Below, piece after piece: positions 1 through 7,507 of a stretch of 64,000 bases of DNA. This DNA is from Candidatus Parcubacteria bacterium. GTDB lineage: Bacteria > Patescibacteriota > Minisyncoccia > Phycocordibacterales > UBA5272. Every line of letters begins with the position of its first letter. Within the stretch, counting starts at the first letter, position 1. The notes under the pieces are model-generated. The model saw only the letters and a program-made list of their open reading frames with translations, was not told the origin of the DNA and did no database searches. Made by a program: the position numbers and the translations under genes. The DNA lies in the NCBI GenBank assembly GCA_039796775.1, contig JBDKJD010000003.1:12697-76696 (forward strand), read 5' to 3'.

Positions 1-473
1 ACAGCCTGAGTAGTAGGGCATTCCAAAAGATTTTTTAATTCCTCAGTTTGTACATATCCTTTTTTATCTAGTAGTAGATCAAGCATTCTCTTCCTTTTCC
101 CATTTTCAGATAGGTCATACGAATAAACTTTTCCATCAATAACTCTGTTGAGGGACACGTCATTTGTATCATACACAACCACAAAATCACATCCTTGTAC
201 TTGTGGTGTTTTTTGTTTTTTCGCATTCAGTTGCCGTAGCTCCTTTAAAATCAAAACATCAGTTGGTTGATAGTTTATAAGGACGTGATGGTTTATTTCA
301 GGGAGAGTAAAAGCATTCTTCATTTCCGCTATGCGTTCAACTGTTGGTCTGAGCGTATCAAGTATTTTTTCTCGTTGTTCAGAAAACTTCTTCATTGTTT
401 CTTGAGCATCATCAAAATAGGTGCTACTGATCAATTCGCCAACTGTTTGTGGTTTTTTAGCATCTTTTGACAT
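1..473 (-). CDS. hypothetical protein, partial (runs off window start); divergent from lexA
   Basis: Uninterrupted minus-strand frame from ATG at 473 (MSKDAKKPQTVGELISS...) to position 1; absent from supplied track because truncated by window edge. Confidence 0.4.
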   Translation of the reverse strand, partial: MSKDAKKPQTVGELISSTYFDDAQETMKKFSEQREKILDTLRPTVERIAEMKNAFTLPEINHHVLINYQPTDVLILKELRQLNAKKQKTPQVQGCDFVVVYDTNDVSLNRVIDGKVYSYDLSENGKRKRMLDLLLDKKGYVQTEELKNLLECPTTQA

Positions 474-502
474 AAGGAAAGTATATCAGGGACTTGCATA
501 AA

Positions 503-522
503 AGTATATAGTTATTTATACT
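503..522. promoter_or_regulatory. palindrome AGTATA-N8-TATACT in lexA upstream/divergent promoter region; candidate operator
   Basis: Perfect 6-bp inverted repeat arms 10 nt upstream of lexA ATG; two AAAGTATAT direct copies nearby. Confidence 0.25.
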
Positions 523-532
523 GAATTATACC

Positions 533-1153
533 ATGATACCAAATAACCTTAGTGACAAAGACAAGAAAGCATTTGCCCTTATCCGCAACAAGATTATCCA
601 TTATGGGAAGAGTCCAACTCTTAGTGAAATAAATGAAGTAACTGGTGGTAAATCTCCTCGATCAGCAAGTCTTGTGGTAGATCGATTGATTGAAGCAAAG
701 ATGATTAAGAAAGAAGGAAGAACATTGAAACTTATAGGCACTCATTCTACACAATCGATAAGTACGATTAACATCCCCTTAGTAGGGTCAGTAGCATGTG
801 GTATGCCTATTTTCGCAGAAGAAAATATTGAAACACTTATACCTGTATCAACTGCTTTAGCAAAAACAGGTTCAAAGTATTTTATTCTTCGTGCAAAAGG
901 AACATCAATGAATGATGTGGGGATTAATGACAATGATTTACTCTTAGTACGACAACAGGACACTGCAGATGATGGGCAAAAAGTAGTTGCTCTTATCAAC
1001 GATGAGGCGACCGTGAAGATTCTAGAGAAAGGTAATGGTGTAGTAATCCTTAGACCAAAATCTAAAGACAAAAGCCATAAGCCGATCATATTAACAAATA
1101 ATTGCACGATCCAAGGGGTAGTGGTTGCGGTACTGCCTGCAGATCTCTATTAA
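533..1153 (+). CDS. lexA: LexA-type transcriptional repressor (winged HTH + S24 peptidase)
   Basis: PLVGSVACGMP cleavage-site region, GTSM Ser nucleophile and VKIL Lys motif all align with the LexA/S24 self-cleaving fold; N-terminal HTH. Confidence 0.85.
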   Translation: MIPNNLSDKDKKAFALIRNKIIHYGKSPTLSEINEVTGGKSPRSASLVVDRLIEAKMIKKEGRTLKLIGTHSTQSISTINIPLVGSVACGMPIFAEENIETLIPVSTALAKTGSKYFILRAKGTSMNDVGINDNDLLLVRQQDTADDGQKVVALINDEATVKILEKGNGVVILRPKSKDKSHKPIILTNNCTIQGVVVAVLPADLY

Positions 1154-1157
1154 TAAA

Positions 1158-1397
1158 ATGACTAAAAGAAATATACATACTGTATACAACAAAGAGCGTG
1201 AGATGTGGGAAACAAAAAAAGAAGGGCAAGAAAAACCTCTTGCATCTTCACACACTAAAGCAACAGCAGAAGAAAAATCTGTAAGAGAAGCAAAGAAAGC
1301 TGGAGTCGAACATGTTATTCATAATAAGGACGGAAAGATCAGTGACAAAGATAGTTACGGCAATGATCCAATTCCTCCAAAAGATAAGATTCACTAA
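1158..1397 (+). CDS. hypothetical highly charged 79-aa protein, translationally coupled between lexA and CD-NTase
   Basis: ATG 4 nt after lexA stop; its TAA at 1395-1397 is followed by CD-NTase ATG at 1399; Lys/Glu-rich, no recognizable domain. Confidence 0.4.
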   Translation: MTKRNIHTVYNKEREMWETKKEGQEKPLASSHTKATAEEKSVREAKKAGVEHVIHNKDGKISDKDSYGNDPIPPKDKIH

Positions 1398-1398
1398 T

Positions 1399-2292
1399 AT
1401 GGCCTGGGAAGATACATTTAAATCATGGGGAGCTGCCCCAGGTAAAACAGAGCAAGAAAAGATGGAAAATGCGGAAACGGCAGTAAGGAAAGCGATTAGT
1501 GCAAACGCTAAACTTTCTTCTATGGATATATCTATTGTTCCACAAGGTTCATATAAATCAAGAACAAATGTTAGAAATGATAGTGATGTTGATATATGTG
1601 TTTGCCTAAACTCAACCTTCTTTCCAAGGTATCCTCAAGGAAAAACAAAGGAGTACTACGGTAATTCGGATGGAAGTATAACTTTTCGGGAGTTCAAAAA
1701 TCTCGTGCAAACTGCTCTTGAAGATTATTTTGGTAAAGAGAATATTACTCGCGGGAATAAAGCTTTTGATATCCACTCAAACAGTTACAGGGTGGATGCC
1801 GATGTTGTTCCAGCATTAGCGTATCGCTATTATTATGATGATGGAAGTCTCTACCATCACGAGCCGACTGGGATTGCTTTTGATACAGACAAAGGTGATC
1901 GTATTATAAATTGGCCACATCATACCTACCAGAATTGCAAAGATAAGCACGATAATACTGGTAAAAGGTATAGAAAAATGACACGAATACTAAAACGCTT
2001 ACGCAATAAAATGCAAGATGAGAATATTTCGGAAGCAAAAGATATACCTTCATTCTTAATTCAAAGTATGGTTTGGAGTGCTCCTAATGATAGCTTCAAT
2101 AGAGCTACCTATACTGATGATGTTCGTGCTGTTCTAGCTCATTGTTTTAATCAGACACTACCTGCGGGTGGTCATGCATCACTTAAAGAAGTAAATGATA
2201 TAAAAACAATATTTGGGCCTCATCAAGTGTGTACAAGAGAGAAAGCTCACGCATTCTTTTCAAGAGCTTGGGATTATATAGGTTTCGAATAA
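1399..2292 (+). CDS. CBASS cGAS/DncV-like nucleotidyltransferase (CD-NTase, SMODS domain)
   Basis: N-terminal WEDTFKSWGAAPGKTEQEKMENAETAVRKAI typical of SMODS. GSYKSRTNVRNDSDVDICV matches the GS...[DE]h[DE]h nucleotidyltransferase motif and YRVDADVV supplies the third catalytic Asp. About 297 aa. Start chosen at ATG 1399 rather than the in-frame extension from 1312. Confidence 0.8.
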   Translation: MAWEDTFKSWGAAPGKTEQEKMENAETAVRKAISANAKLSSMDISIVPQGSYKSRTNVRNDSDVDICVCLNSTFFPRYPQGKTKEYYGNSDGSITFREFKNLVQTALEDYFGKENITRGNKAFDIHSNSYRVDADVVPALAYRYYYDDGSLYHHEPTGIAFDTDKGDRIINWPHHTYQNCKDKHDNTGKRYRKMTRILKRLRNKMQDENISEAKDIPSFLIQSMVWSAPNDSFNRATYTDDVRAVLAHCFNQTLPAGGHASLKEVNDIKTIFGPHQVCTREKAHAFFSRAWDYIGFE

Positions 2293-2297
2293 ATAAT

Positions 2298-2921
2298 ATG
2301 GAAAAAATAAACAATACTGTAAAAGTCTACGCTCAATTTATAACATTCCTTGTTATTTGGGCAGTTATTGCTTTTGTTACGAAAACCTACCAAACAAATG
2401 ATTTGCTAAACATATTGAAACTAATCCCACAAGCAATAACTGGGTATTTATTTGTCGCATTACTTTTTTCAAGATGGATATGGAAACTAAAAATTTTACA
2501 GGGGTGGCTAATTAAAGTTCCAAATCTTCAAGGTACATGGAAAGGAGAAATAAAAAGTGATTGGATAAATCCTGAAACAGGAAAAGGAGTTGATCCTATA
2601 CCTGTTATTTTAGTGATACGTCAAACTTTCTCAACAATCAAATGCACCCTTATGACAAAAGAATCTACTAGTTATAGCACTACAGCTGATATTACATTAG
2701 TGCCAAGTAGTGAAGATTTATCTCTGACCTATAATTATACAAATAGATCAAAAGCAACGATAAGAGATAGAAGCCCTATTCACGACGGTGCTTCAATTCT
2801 AAAAATAATAAAAAGCCCAAAGAGAATTCTAGAAGGAGAGTACTGGACTAGTAGGAAAACACGAGGAGAGATGCATTTAGAGTTTTATTCAAAAGTTTTA
2901 TCCGAAAGTTTTAATAGCTAA
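2298..2921 (+). CDS. CBASS effector, two-TM beta-strand-rich (S-2TMbeta / Cap15-like) membrane protein
   Basis: ATG 5 nt after CD-NTase stop; two N-terminal TM helices (VYAQFITFLVIWAVIAFV, AITGYLFVALLFSRWIW) followed by about 130 aa with alternating beta-like pattern; about 207 aa, matching the known CD-NTase-associated 2TM effector architecture. Confidence 0.6.
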   Translation: MEKINNTVKVYAQFITFLVIWAVIAFVTKTYQTNDLLNILKLIPQAITGYLFVALLFSRWIWKLKILQGWLIKVPNLQGTWKGEIKSDWINPETGKGVDPIPVILVIRQTFSTIKCTLMTKESTSYSTTADITLVPSSEDLSLTYNYTNRSKATIRDRSPIHDGASILKIIKSPKRILEGEYWTSRKTRGEMHLEFYSKVLSESFNS

Positions 2922-2957
2922 CTTTAAACCTTGATTAGGTGAGCATATAATTATTAT

Positions 2958-3614
2958 ATGCGGACTTTTGACCAATATATTGAGATTCTTAATACCTCTC
3001 TTACTGAAAAAAAGCCAAAGATAATTTGTGCTTCGTGGATCTACAAGAATACTCCAAGCGTGTATCGTTATGTATGGAAGAATATTAAGACGGAAACTGG
3101 CCATGTTGATTGGGATAGGGTTACTTGTTGCTTAGATAGGTCGTTTCAAAGACGGTGGGTAAGACACAGACAGAAACAGGTAAAACTTTACAAAGAACAA
3201 TCAGAGGTAGACACTGTTTTGAATAGATATAAAGATAAGCTGTATACCTTCATCTGTGCTCAGTGTAAGGAAGATAAAGATGTTAAGGATAGGATTGTTA
3301 TTCGTCTAGTGCGAGTAAGTCAAAGGGGTAATATTTTAGCTCAAGCAGAACTTGTTAAGTGGATTAACTACACCGTGGACGAGTGGATTGATAGATATCC
3401 TCAAATCTGTAAATGGAAAGGCTACCGAGATGAAGCTGATGAACATATAAAGAGGTGTATTCGTTGCTACAGATATACAGGGTCATTTCTCGGATACCTC
3501 TTCAGGACTCTTGAGTATTCAGCAAGAGGTAAACCTCCACTTGCTTCTTTAGATGATAAATTCTGTGATGGAGAAAGGACACGAATTGACTACATCAGTT
3601 CTGAACCTTTATAA
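2958..3614 (+). CDS. hypothetical Cys/Trp/Arg-rich protein (10 Cys incl. CC, CxxC x2), same operon orientation as CBASS
   Basis: AGGTGA SD-like upstream; no recognizable domain; Cys pairs CAQC and CIRC suggest Zn binding. Confidence 0.5.
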   Translation: MRTFDQYIEILNTSLTEKKPKIICASWIYKNTPSVYRYVWKNIKTETGHVDWDRVTCCLDRSFQRRWVRHRQKQVKLYKEQSEVDTVLNRYKDKLYTFICAQCKEDKDVKDRIVIRLVRVSQRGNILAQAELVKWINYTVDEWIDRYPQICKWKGYRDEADEHIKRCIRCYRYTGSFLGYLFRTLEYSARGKPPLASLDDKFCDGERTRIDYISSEPL

Positions 3615-3622
3615 CTATCTAT

Positions 3623-3784
3623 ATGGAAAAAGATATTCAACCAAGTGAAGATGATCAAATTGATTATTTGGCAGAGATTTTAGTAGAAGTATATTTAGAA
3701 AGTAAGGGATACAAGCAGTATCCATGGCTTAATGGTGAGACAATGTGGAGAAAAGAACCTAAAGACGAGGAGGAAATCGAGTAG
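3623..3784 (+). CDS. hypothetical 53-aa acidic protein
   Basis: ATG 8 nt after previous stop; MEKDIQPSEDDQIDYLAEILVEVYLESKGYKQYPWLNGETMWRKEPKDEEEIE; below track length cutoff. Confidence 0.3.
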   Translation: MEKDIQPSEDDQIDYLAEILVEVYLESKGYKQYPWLNGETMWRKEPKDEEEIE

Positions 3785-3819
3785 TTCATATTTCCTTTTA
3801 TTTTTGTTAGGATTGCAGA

Positions 3820-4197
3820 ATGGGAACTACGACACAACCACTTGGTCCAGAATTTGCTAGTCAAATGGTTACTATGTTTTTAAATACTCTTCAGGAAGCA
3901 ACAGTAAAAGCGTACTTAATGCTTTGGGGTATATTGATTGCTTTCTTGAAAGAACACTGGCTTGGTGTTGCTGAAATTCTCTTAAGTATTCTTGGTATTT
4001 CACTTTTAGTATTTCTACTTACAGGAAGATGGGCAATGCTCGGTAGTGTACTCAATAGGTACTTCTTCTTTGGAATTCTCTTTATTATTGGACTTATCTT
4101 TGGTCCAGCAGTATTTGCTAATGATTATTTTGAAATCGTATGGGCTGTTGTGGGTATAATTGCTTTTGTTATTGTAGGGAAAATCTTTAAAGAATAG
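3820..4197 (+). CDS. hypothetical multi-pass membrane protein (125 aa)
   Basis: 3-4 predicted TM helices; followed by conserved 3' module and terminator. Confidence 0.5.
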   Translation: MGTTTQPLGPEFASQMVTMFLNTLQEATVKAYLMLWGILIAFLKEHWLGVAEILLSILGISLLVFLLTGRWAMLGSVLNRYFFFGILFIIGLIFGPAVFANDYFEIVWAVVGIIAFVIVGKIFKE

Positions 4198-4259
4198 TTA
4201 CACCTGACTGTAACATTATAGGTCTTATTTGTGTCACTTTTGTCACTTTTTCATATAGC

Positions 4260-4396
4260 CACGAGAAGGGTCAAAATGATATACTAAAAACTAACAAATA
4301 ACCTTTGTGGGGTAATGAATCCACTAAGTTCTACCTGTTGAACCCTCACATCGGTAAGAAAAACACCTGAAGCGTTAAGCTTTGGGTGTTTTTCTT
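4260..4396 (+). repeat. conserved 3' UTR module copy A (homologous to 5177..5304) ending in rho-independent terminator hairpin
   Basis: About 75% identity over about 135 nt with copy B, e.g. atactaaaaactaacaaataacc...gtaatgaatccactaagttctacct vs ataccaaaaactaataaatagac...gtaatgaacccgctatgttctacct; terminal hairpin aaaaacacc...ggtgttttt. Confidence 0.6.
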
Positions 4397-4628
4397 AGTG
4401 AGTGAACTGCTTCACTCACGTGCCGATGTGACGGCCACAGTCATGTTTTAGAAAAGTTGTATTCCTGACTTTTCTAAAACGGACGAGGCGGGGTCGCGAG
4501 TACTTATGAGCAACTCACACGAAGTGTGATTAGCGCAATTAGTAACTCGTGACCACATCAATTAGCACTAGTGCACGAAGTTCGAAAAAGTTACTATTAA
4601 ATTTTAATAAGAGTAAAACATAATTATT

Positions 4629-5165
4629 ATGAGTAATATTCCCACTCAAAACCAAAAAGGTAATATAGATATAACTGAGTATATAAAACTAACAATAACT
4701 ATCAGAGAAAAACTTGGTGAGAACTATTCTAAAGAGATGTCGCAACTTTTCCAGTATACCCAATCTTTAATGGGTGTACTTGGTCTAATTGCAGGATTTG
4801 GTTTTACTGCTTTTCAGTTTATAGAAAGCTATATCTTATTTTTCGTTGGGGAATTACTCGTTGTTGGTTCTGTTTTATATTTAGTATATAAAGTTAAAAT
4901 ATATACAGCAGCACAACCGATAAAGACTGAAGAGTATTTAAATAAATACCATGATAAAGCAAGGGAAATAAAAAGTGCTATTTTGTCTGATGATAAAGAT
5001 GCTATTAGTGCGTTGTCGGAAGAAATCAAAAAAGAAGTTAATGATACTTCTGAGATTCCTAAATTAAAAATAGCAAAAATTATAAGTGATTCTCTGAAAA
5101 AATCATTCTGGTTTAGTTCTGTGGGAATTATTTTAATATTTGCTTCTTTTGTTATTTGTTTATAA
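4629..5165 (+). CDS. hypothetical membrane protein (178 aa; 2 central TM + C-terminal TM, charged helical middle)
   Basis: ORF with hydrophobic segments; followed by 3' module copy B. Confidence 0.5.
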   Translation: MSNIPTQNQKGNIDITEYIKLTITIREKLGENYSKEMSQLFQYTQSLMGVLGLIAGFGFTAFQFIESYILFFVGELLVVGSVLYLVYKVKIYTAAQPIKTEEYLNKYHDKAREIKSAILSDDKDAISALSEEIKKEVNDTSEIPKLKIAKIISDSLKKSFWFSSVGIILIFASFVICL

Positions 5166-5176
5166 TCTCATAGACT

Positions 5177-5304
5177 CACGAGAATGCTTAAAATTATATA
5201 CCAAAAACTAATAAATAGACTCTGTAGTGTAATGAACCCGCTATGTTCTACCTACGAAGACTCACAGTAACAAAAATACACAGGCTCCTTCTGTGTATTT
5301 TTGT
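5177..5304 (+). repeat. conserved 3' UTR module copy B with terminator hairpin (aaaatacacag...ctgtgtatttt)
   Basis: See copy A. Confidence 0.6.
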
Positions 5305-5389
5305 GGTGGCAATCAGTAGAAGCAAGGCTTCCACATACCTTACTTCTAGACTTGGATAAATAGTTTTAATCTCACAAAAAATAGGGCAC

Positions 5390-6577
5390 CTAATTACCGA
5401 ACCTACTCTCTACGATAAGTTTTGAATCACTGTAAAAACTTACATCACCTGACGCGGTGTAAAGTTGAAAGTTTTCAAAAGTACCCTTGTCTATAAGAGT
5501 AAACTTCATAACTGAACCATCTTGAGAAATAAAGCTTGGTTTTTGCATGCTGTCAGAATTAGATCCGTTAGCTCGAAGACTTATCTTTTGTCTTATCTCC
5601 CATATAAATTTATCACAAGCGGGGGACGTGTTTCTAAAATTTATTCCTTCAAGAACCAAAACATCTCCTATCTTTGCAGAAATAGTGGGGCCTGTTTTCT
5701 TATCACCGTCTTTCAATTCTGCAGGTATTACATAAATATTATTAATTTTAGGGATTAAAGGACCAGACCAATATTTACACTCTTCAGTTAGTTTTTCATT
5801 TTGATTTAATGAAGTTTGGTTGTTTGTTACGGATTGTTGAGATGTTGTATTTTGAGTAGTCAAACAATTACCATAAGAATCCACAGACATACCTGAAGGC
5901 ACATAACTTTGTATTCCTTCTATATTTTTACAAATATCTACCACCATTTTAGGAGAGTTATCTATATTACGTATCTGATTATTTTTTATTTCAATCTCTT
6001 CGTTAGAAATAAAAAGTTTTTGATTTTTATAGAAGAACCCATTTACAAGTTTACCGTTGGTGTCTACTAAACTAGCGGTTACATAATTAACGACTTTATA
6101 GTTTGGACTTTGTGTAATTATAATTTTTCTACCAAGACTATCATATTTAATATCGGTATCGTAAATAGAATCAGAACTTGATGCTTGTGTGTTATTTGCT
6201 ACAGCTTGTGTAGTTGGAGTTGTGTTTGTATTTTGATTAGTACCAAATCCCGTCTCAGCTTTTTCAGCTTCGTTTGAACTAGCAATTACCGCGTCAATTT
6301 CCTTATTAATTTTTTCTCTAGTTAGGGCACCGACAAACCCGGTTGCAGGTAGCCCAACACTGGTTTGATACGCTTTTACTGCTTTAAAAGTAAGTAGTCC
6401 AAAATAAGTAGAAGGTGTTGTTTTAAGTAGTCCTTTATCAATGAGAAATTCTTGAAGTTCGGTAACCTCTTTATCTCTTTGACCATATTTTAGATTTTTA
6501 TCAATCGAAGCATAAGAAACTGTTGTTGCTCCTAAAGTTAGGAGTGTTACGATACTTATAATTTTTTTCATTTTCAT
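5390..6577 (-). CDS. secreted protein with signal peptide and peptidoglycan-binding (PG_binding_1-like) domain, Thr/Asn/Gln-rich linker
   Basis: MKMKKIISIVTLLTLGATTVSYA signal; DKEVTELQEFLIDKGLL...YFGLLTFKAVKAYQ PG-binding motif. Confidence 0.6.
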   Translation of the reverse strand: MKMKKIISIVTLLTLGATTVSYASIDKNLKYGQRDKEVTELQEFLIDKGLLKTTPSTYFGLLTFKAVKAYQTSVGLPATGFVGALTREKINKEIDAVIASSNEAEKAETGFGTNQNTNTTPTTQAVANNTQASSSDSIYDTDIKYDSLGRKIIITQSPNYKVVNYVTASLVDTNGKLVNGFFYKNQKLFISNEEIEIKNNQIRNIDNSPKMVVDICKNIEGIQSYVPSGMSVDSYGNCLTTQNTTSQQSVTNNQTSLNQNEKLTEECKYWSGPLIPKINNIYVIPAELKDGDKKTGPTISAKIGDVLVLEGINFRNTSPACDKFIWEIRQKISLRANGSNSDSMQKPSFISQDGSVMKFTLIDKGTFENFQLYTASGDVSFYSDSKLIVESRFGN

Positions 6578-6803
6578 ATATTTTTATTAAAATAGGACAC
6601 TTTAACTTCTACTTTATTATAGCAAGATAGGCACCCCAGTGGGTGCGCACAAGCTAACAGTCGGAACCGTTAATCCTGTATTCCCACATAGAGTGCCTAT
6701 GCTGAACACGATTAACGGAAAAAGACCAGTTCGGTCTCGAAACTTATTAACTTGTGCGCACTATAACAATACCACAAATAAAGATAAATGCTACACTATC
6801 ACC

Positions 6804-6959
6804 ATGCTCAAAGCCGATAAAAAATGTATTGTATGTAAAGTGGATCTCAACACTCAAAAGAGTTTCCAGGAACGTGAAGACTGGGAATCAGTGAAGTTCT
6901 GTAGTAGCAAGTGCAGAAAAGCTGCAGCTAGCCGTCCGACATTTAAAAAGAGGCGGTAA
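6804..6959 (+). CDS. DUF2256-type zinc-ribbon protein (51 aa)
   Basis: CIVCKVD...FCSSKCRKAA pattern; only the C-terminal part of track ORF 6639..6959 is considered coding. Confidence 0.5.
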   Translation: MLKADKKCIVCKVDLNTQKSFQEREDWESVKFCSSKCRKAAASRPTFKKRR

Positions 6960-7017
6960 GATGCTGCCGAATGAAAAACCTTCCCCTTTGGGGGAAGGTT
7001 TTTCATTCGGCAGCATC
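6960..7017. terminator. bidirectional terminator, 26-bp perfect stem hairpin
   Basis: gatgctgccgaatgaaaaaccttccc-ctttg-gggaaggtttttcattcggcagcatc between convergent genes. Confidence 0.7.
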
Positions 7018-7056
7018 TCTTCTATCTACACAATACCCCCTGAGAAGATTTCTTGT

Positions 7057-7476
7057 CTAATACTTCTTAAGCCACTCATTCATTATCTTAATCTCACTCT
7101 CTTGAGCAGTAATAATATCTTGGGCGAACTTTCTTAATTCAGAACTTATTGTTTTATCCTCCAACAAAAGCTTCGCCATATCCACCGCCCCTTGATGATG
7201 AGGAATCATATCTGTGATAAATGCTTTCTCTAATTCCTTGCCACTTTTGCCACGCATATTAGCGAGCATATCCATCATCATGCCTTCCACGCTTCCACCG
7301 TGATTCATCATCATAGATTCATCCCCCATGCGATGCATCATCATAGATTTTTTACCTTCTTTGTAATCTCCATCTCTATCAAAACACATATTCCACACAC
7401 AGCAAATGAATAAACCGAGCACAACAATGGAGAGTCCAATAGTTGTATATTTGTAATTAATATTTTTGAAAATCAT
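7057..7476 (-). CDS. DUF305 family protein with N-terminal TM anchor and Met/His-rich segment
   Basis: MIPHHQGAVDMAK DUF305 motif; MMMH/MMMN repeats. Confidence 0.6.
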   Translation of the reverse strand: MIFKNINYKYTTIGLSIVVLGLFICCVWNMCFDRDGDYKEGKKSMMMHRMGDESMMMNHGGSVEGMMMDMLANMRGKSGKELEKAFITDMIPHHQGAVDMAKLLLEDKTISSELRKFAQDIITAQESEIKIMNEWLKKY

Positions 7477-7507
7477 ATAATGAAAATACTTAATGATAAT
7501 AAATCAA

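Noticed and set aside
1312-1398. N-terminal extension of the CD-NTase ORF (track start 1312)
   Set aside because: The SMODS-type N-terminus begins at MAWEDTF (ATG 1399), which is 1 nt after the stop of the upstream 79-aa ORF; the extension overlaps that ORF in another frame
4440-4478. gttttagaaaagt...acttttctaaaac, superficially like a CRISPR repeat
   Set aside because: Single inverted repeat (hairpin), not a direct-repeat array; no spacers or cas genes
4380-4620. Possible tmRNA
   Set aside because: No tRNA-Ala-like 5' or 3' ends, no tag reading frame ending in ALAA; similarity to the tRNA-Ser region is limited to a 20-nt motif
6639-6803. N-terminal two thirds of track ORF 6639..6959
   Set aside because: Coincides with nested inverted repeats; only the C-terminal 51 aa form a recognizable DUF2256 zinc ribbon with its own ATG
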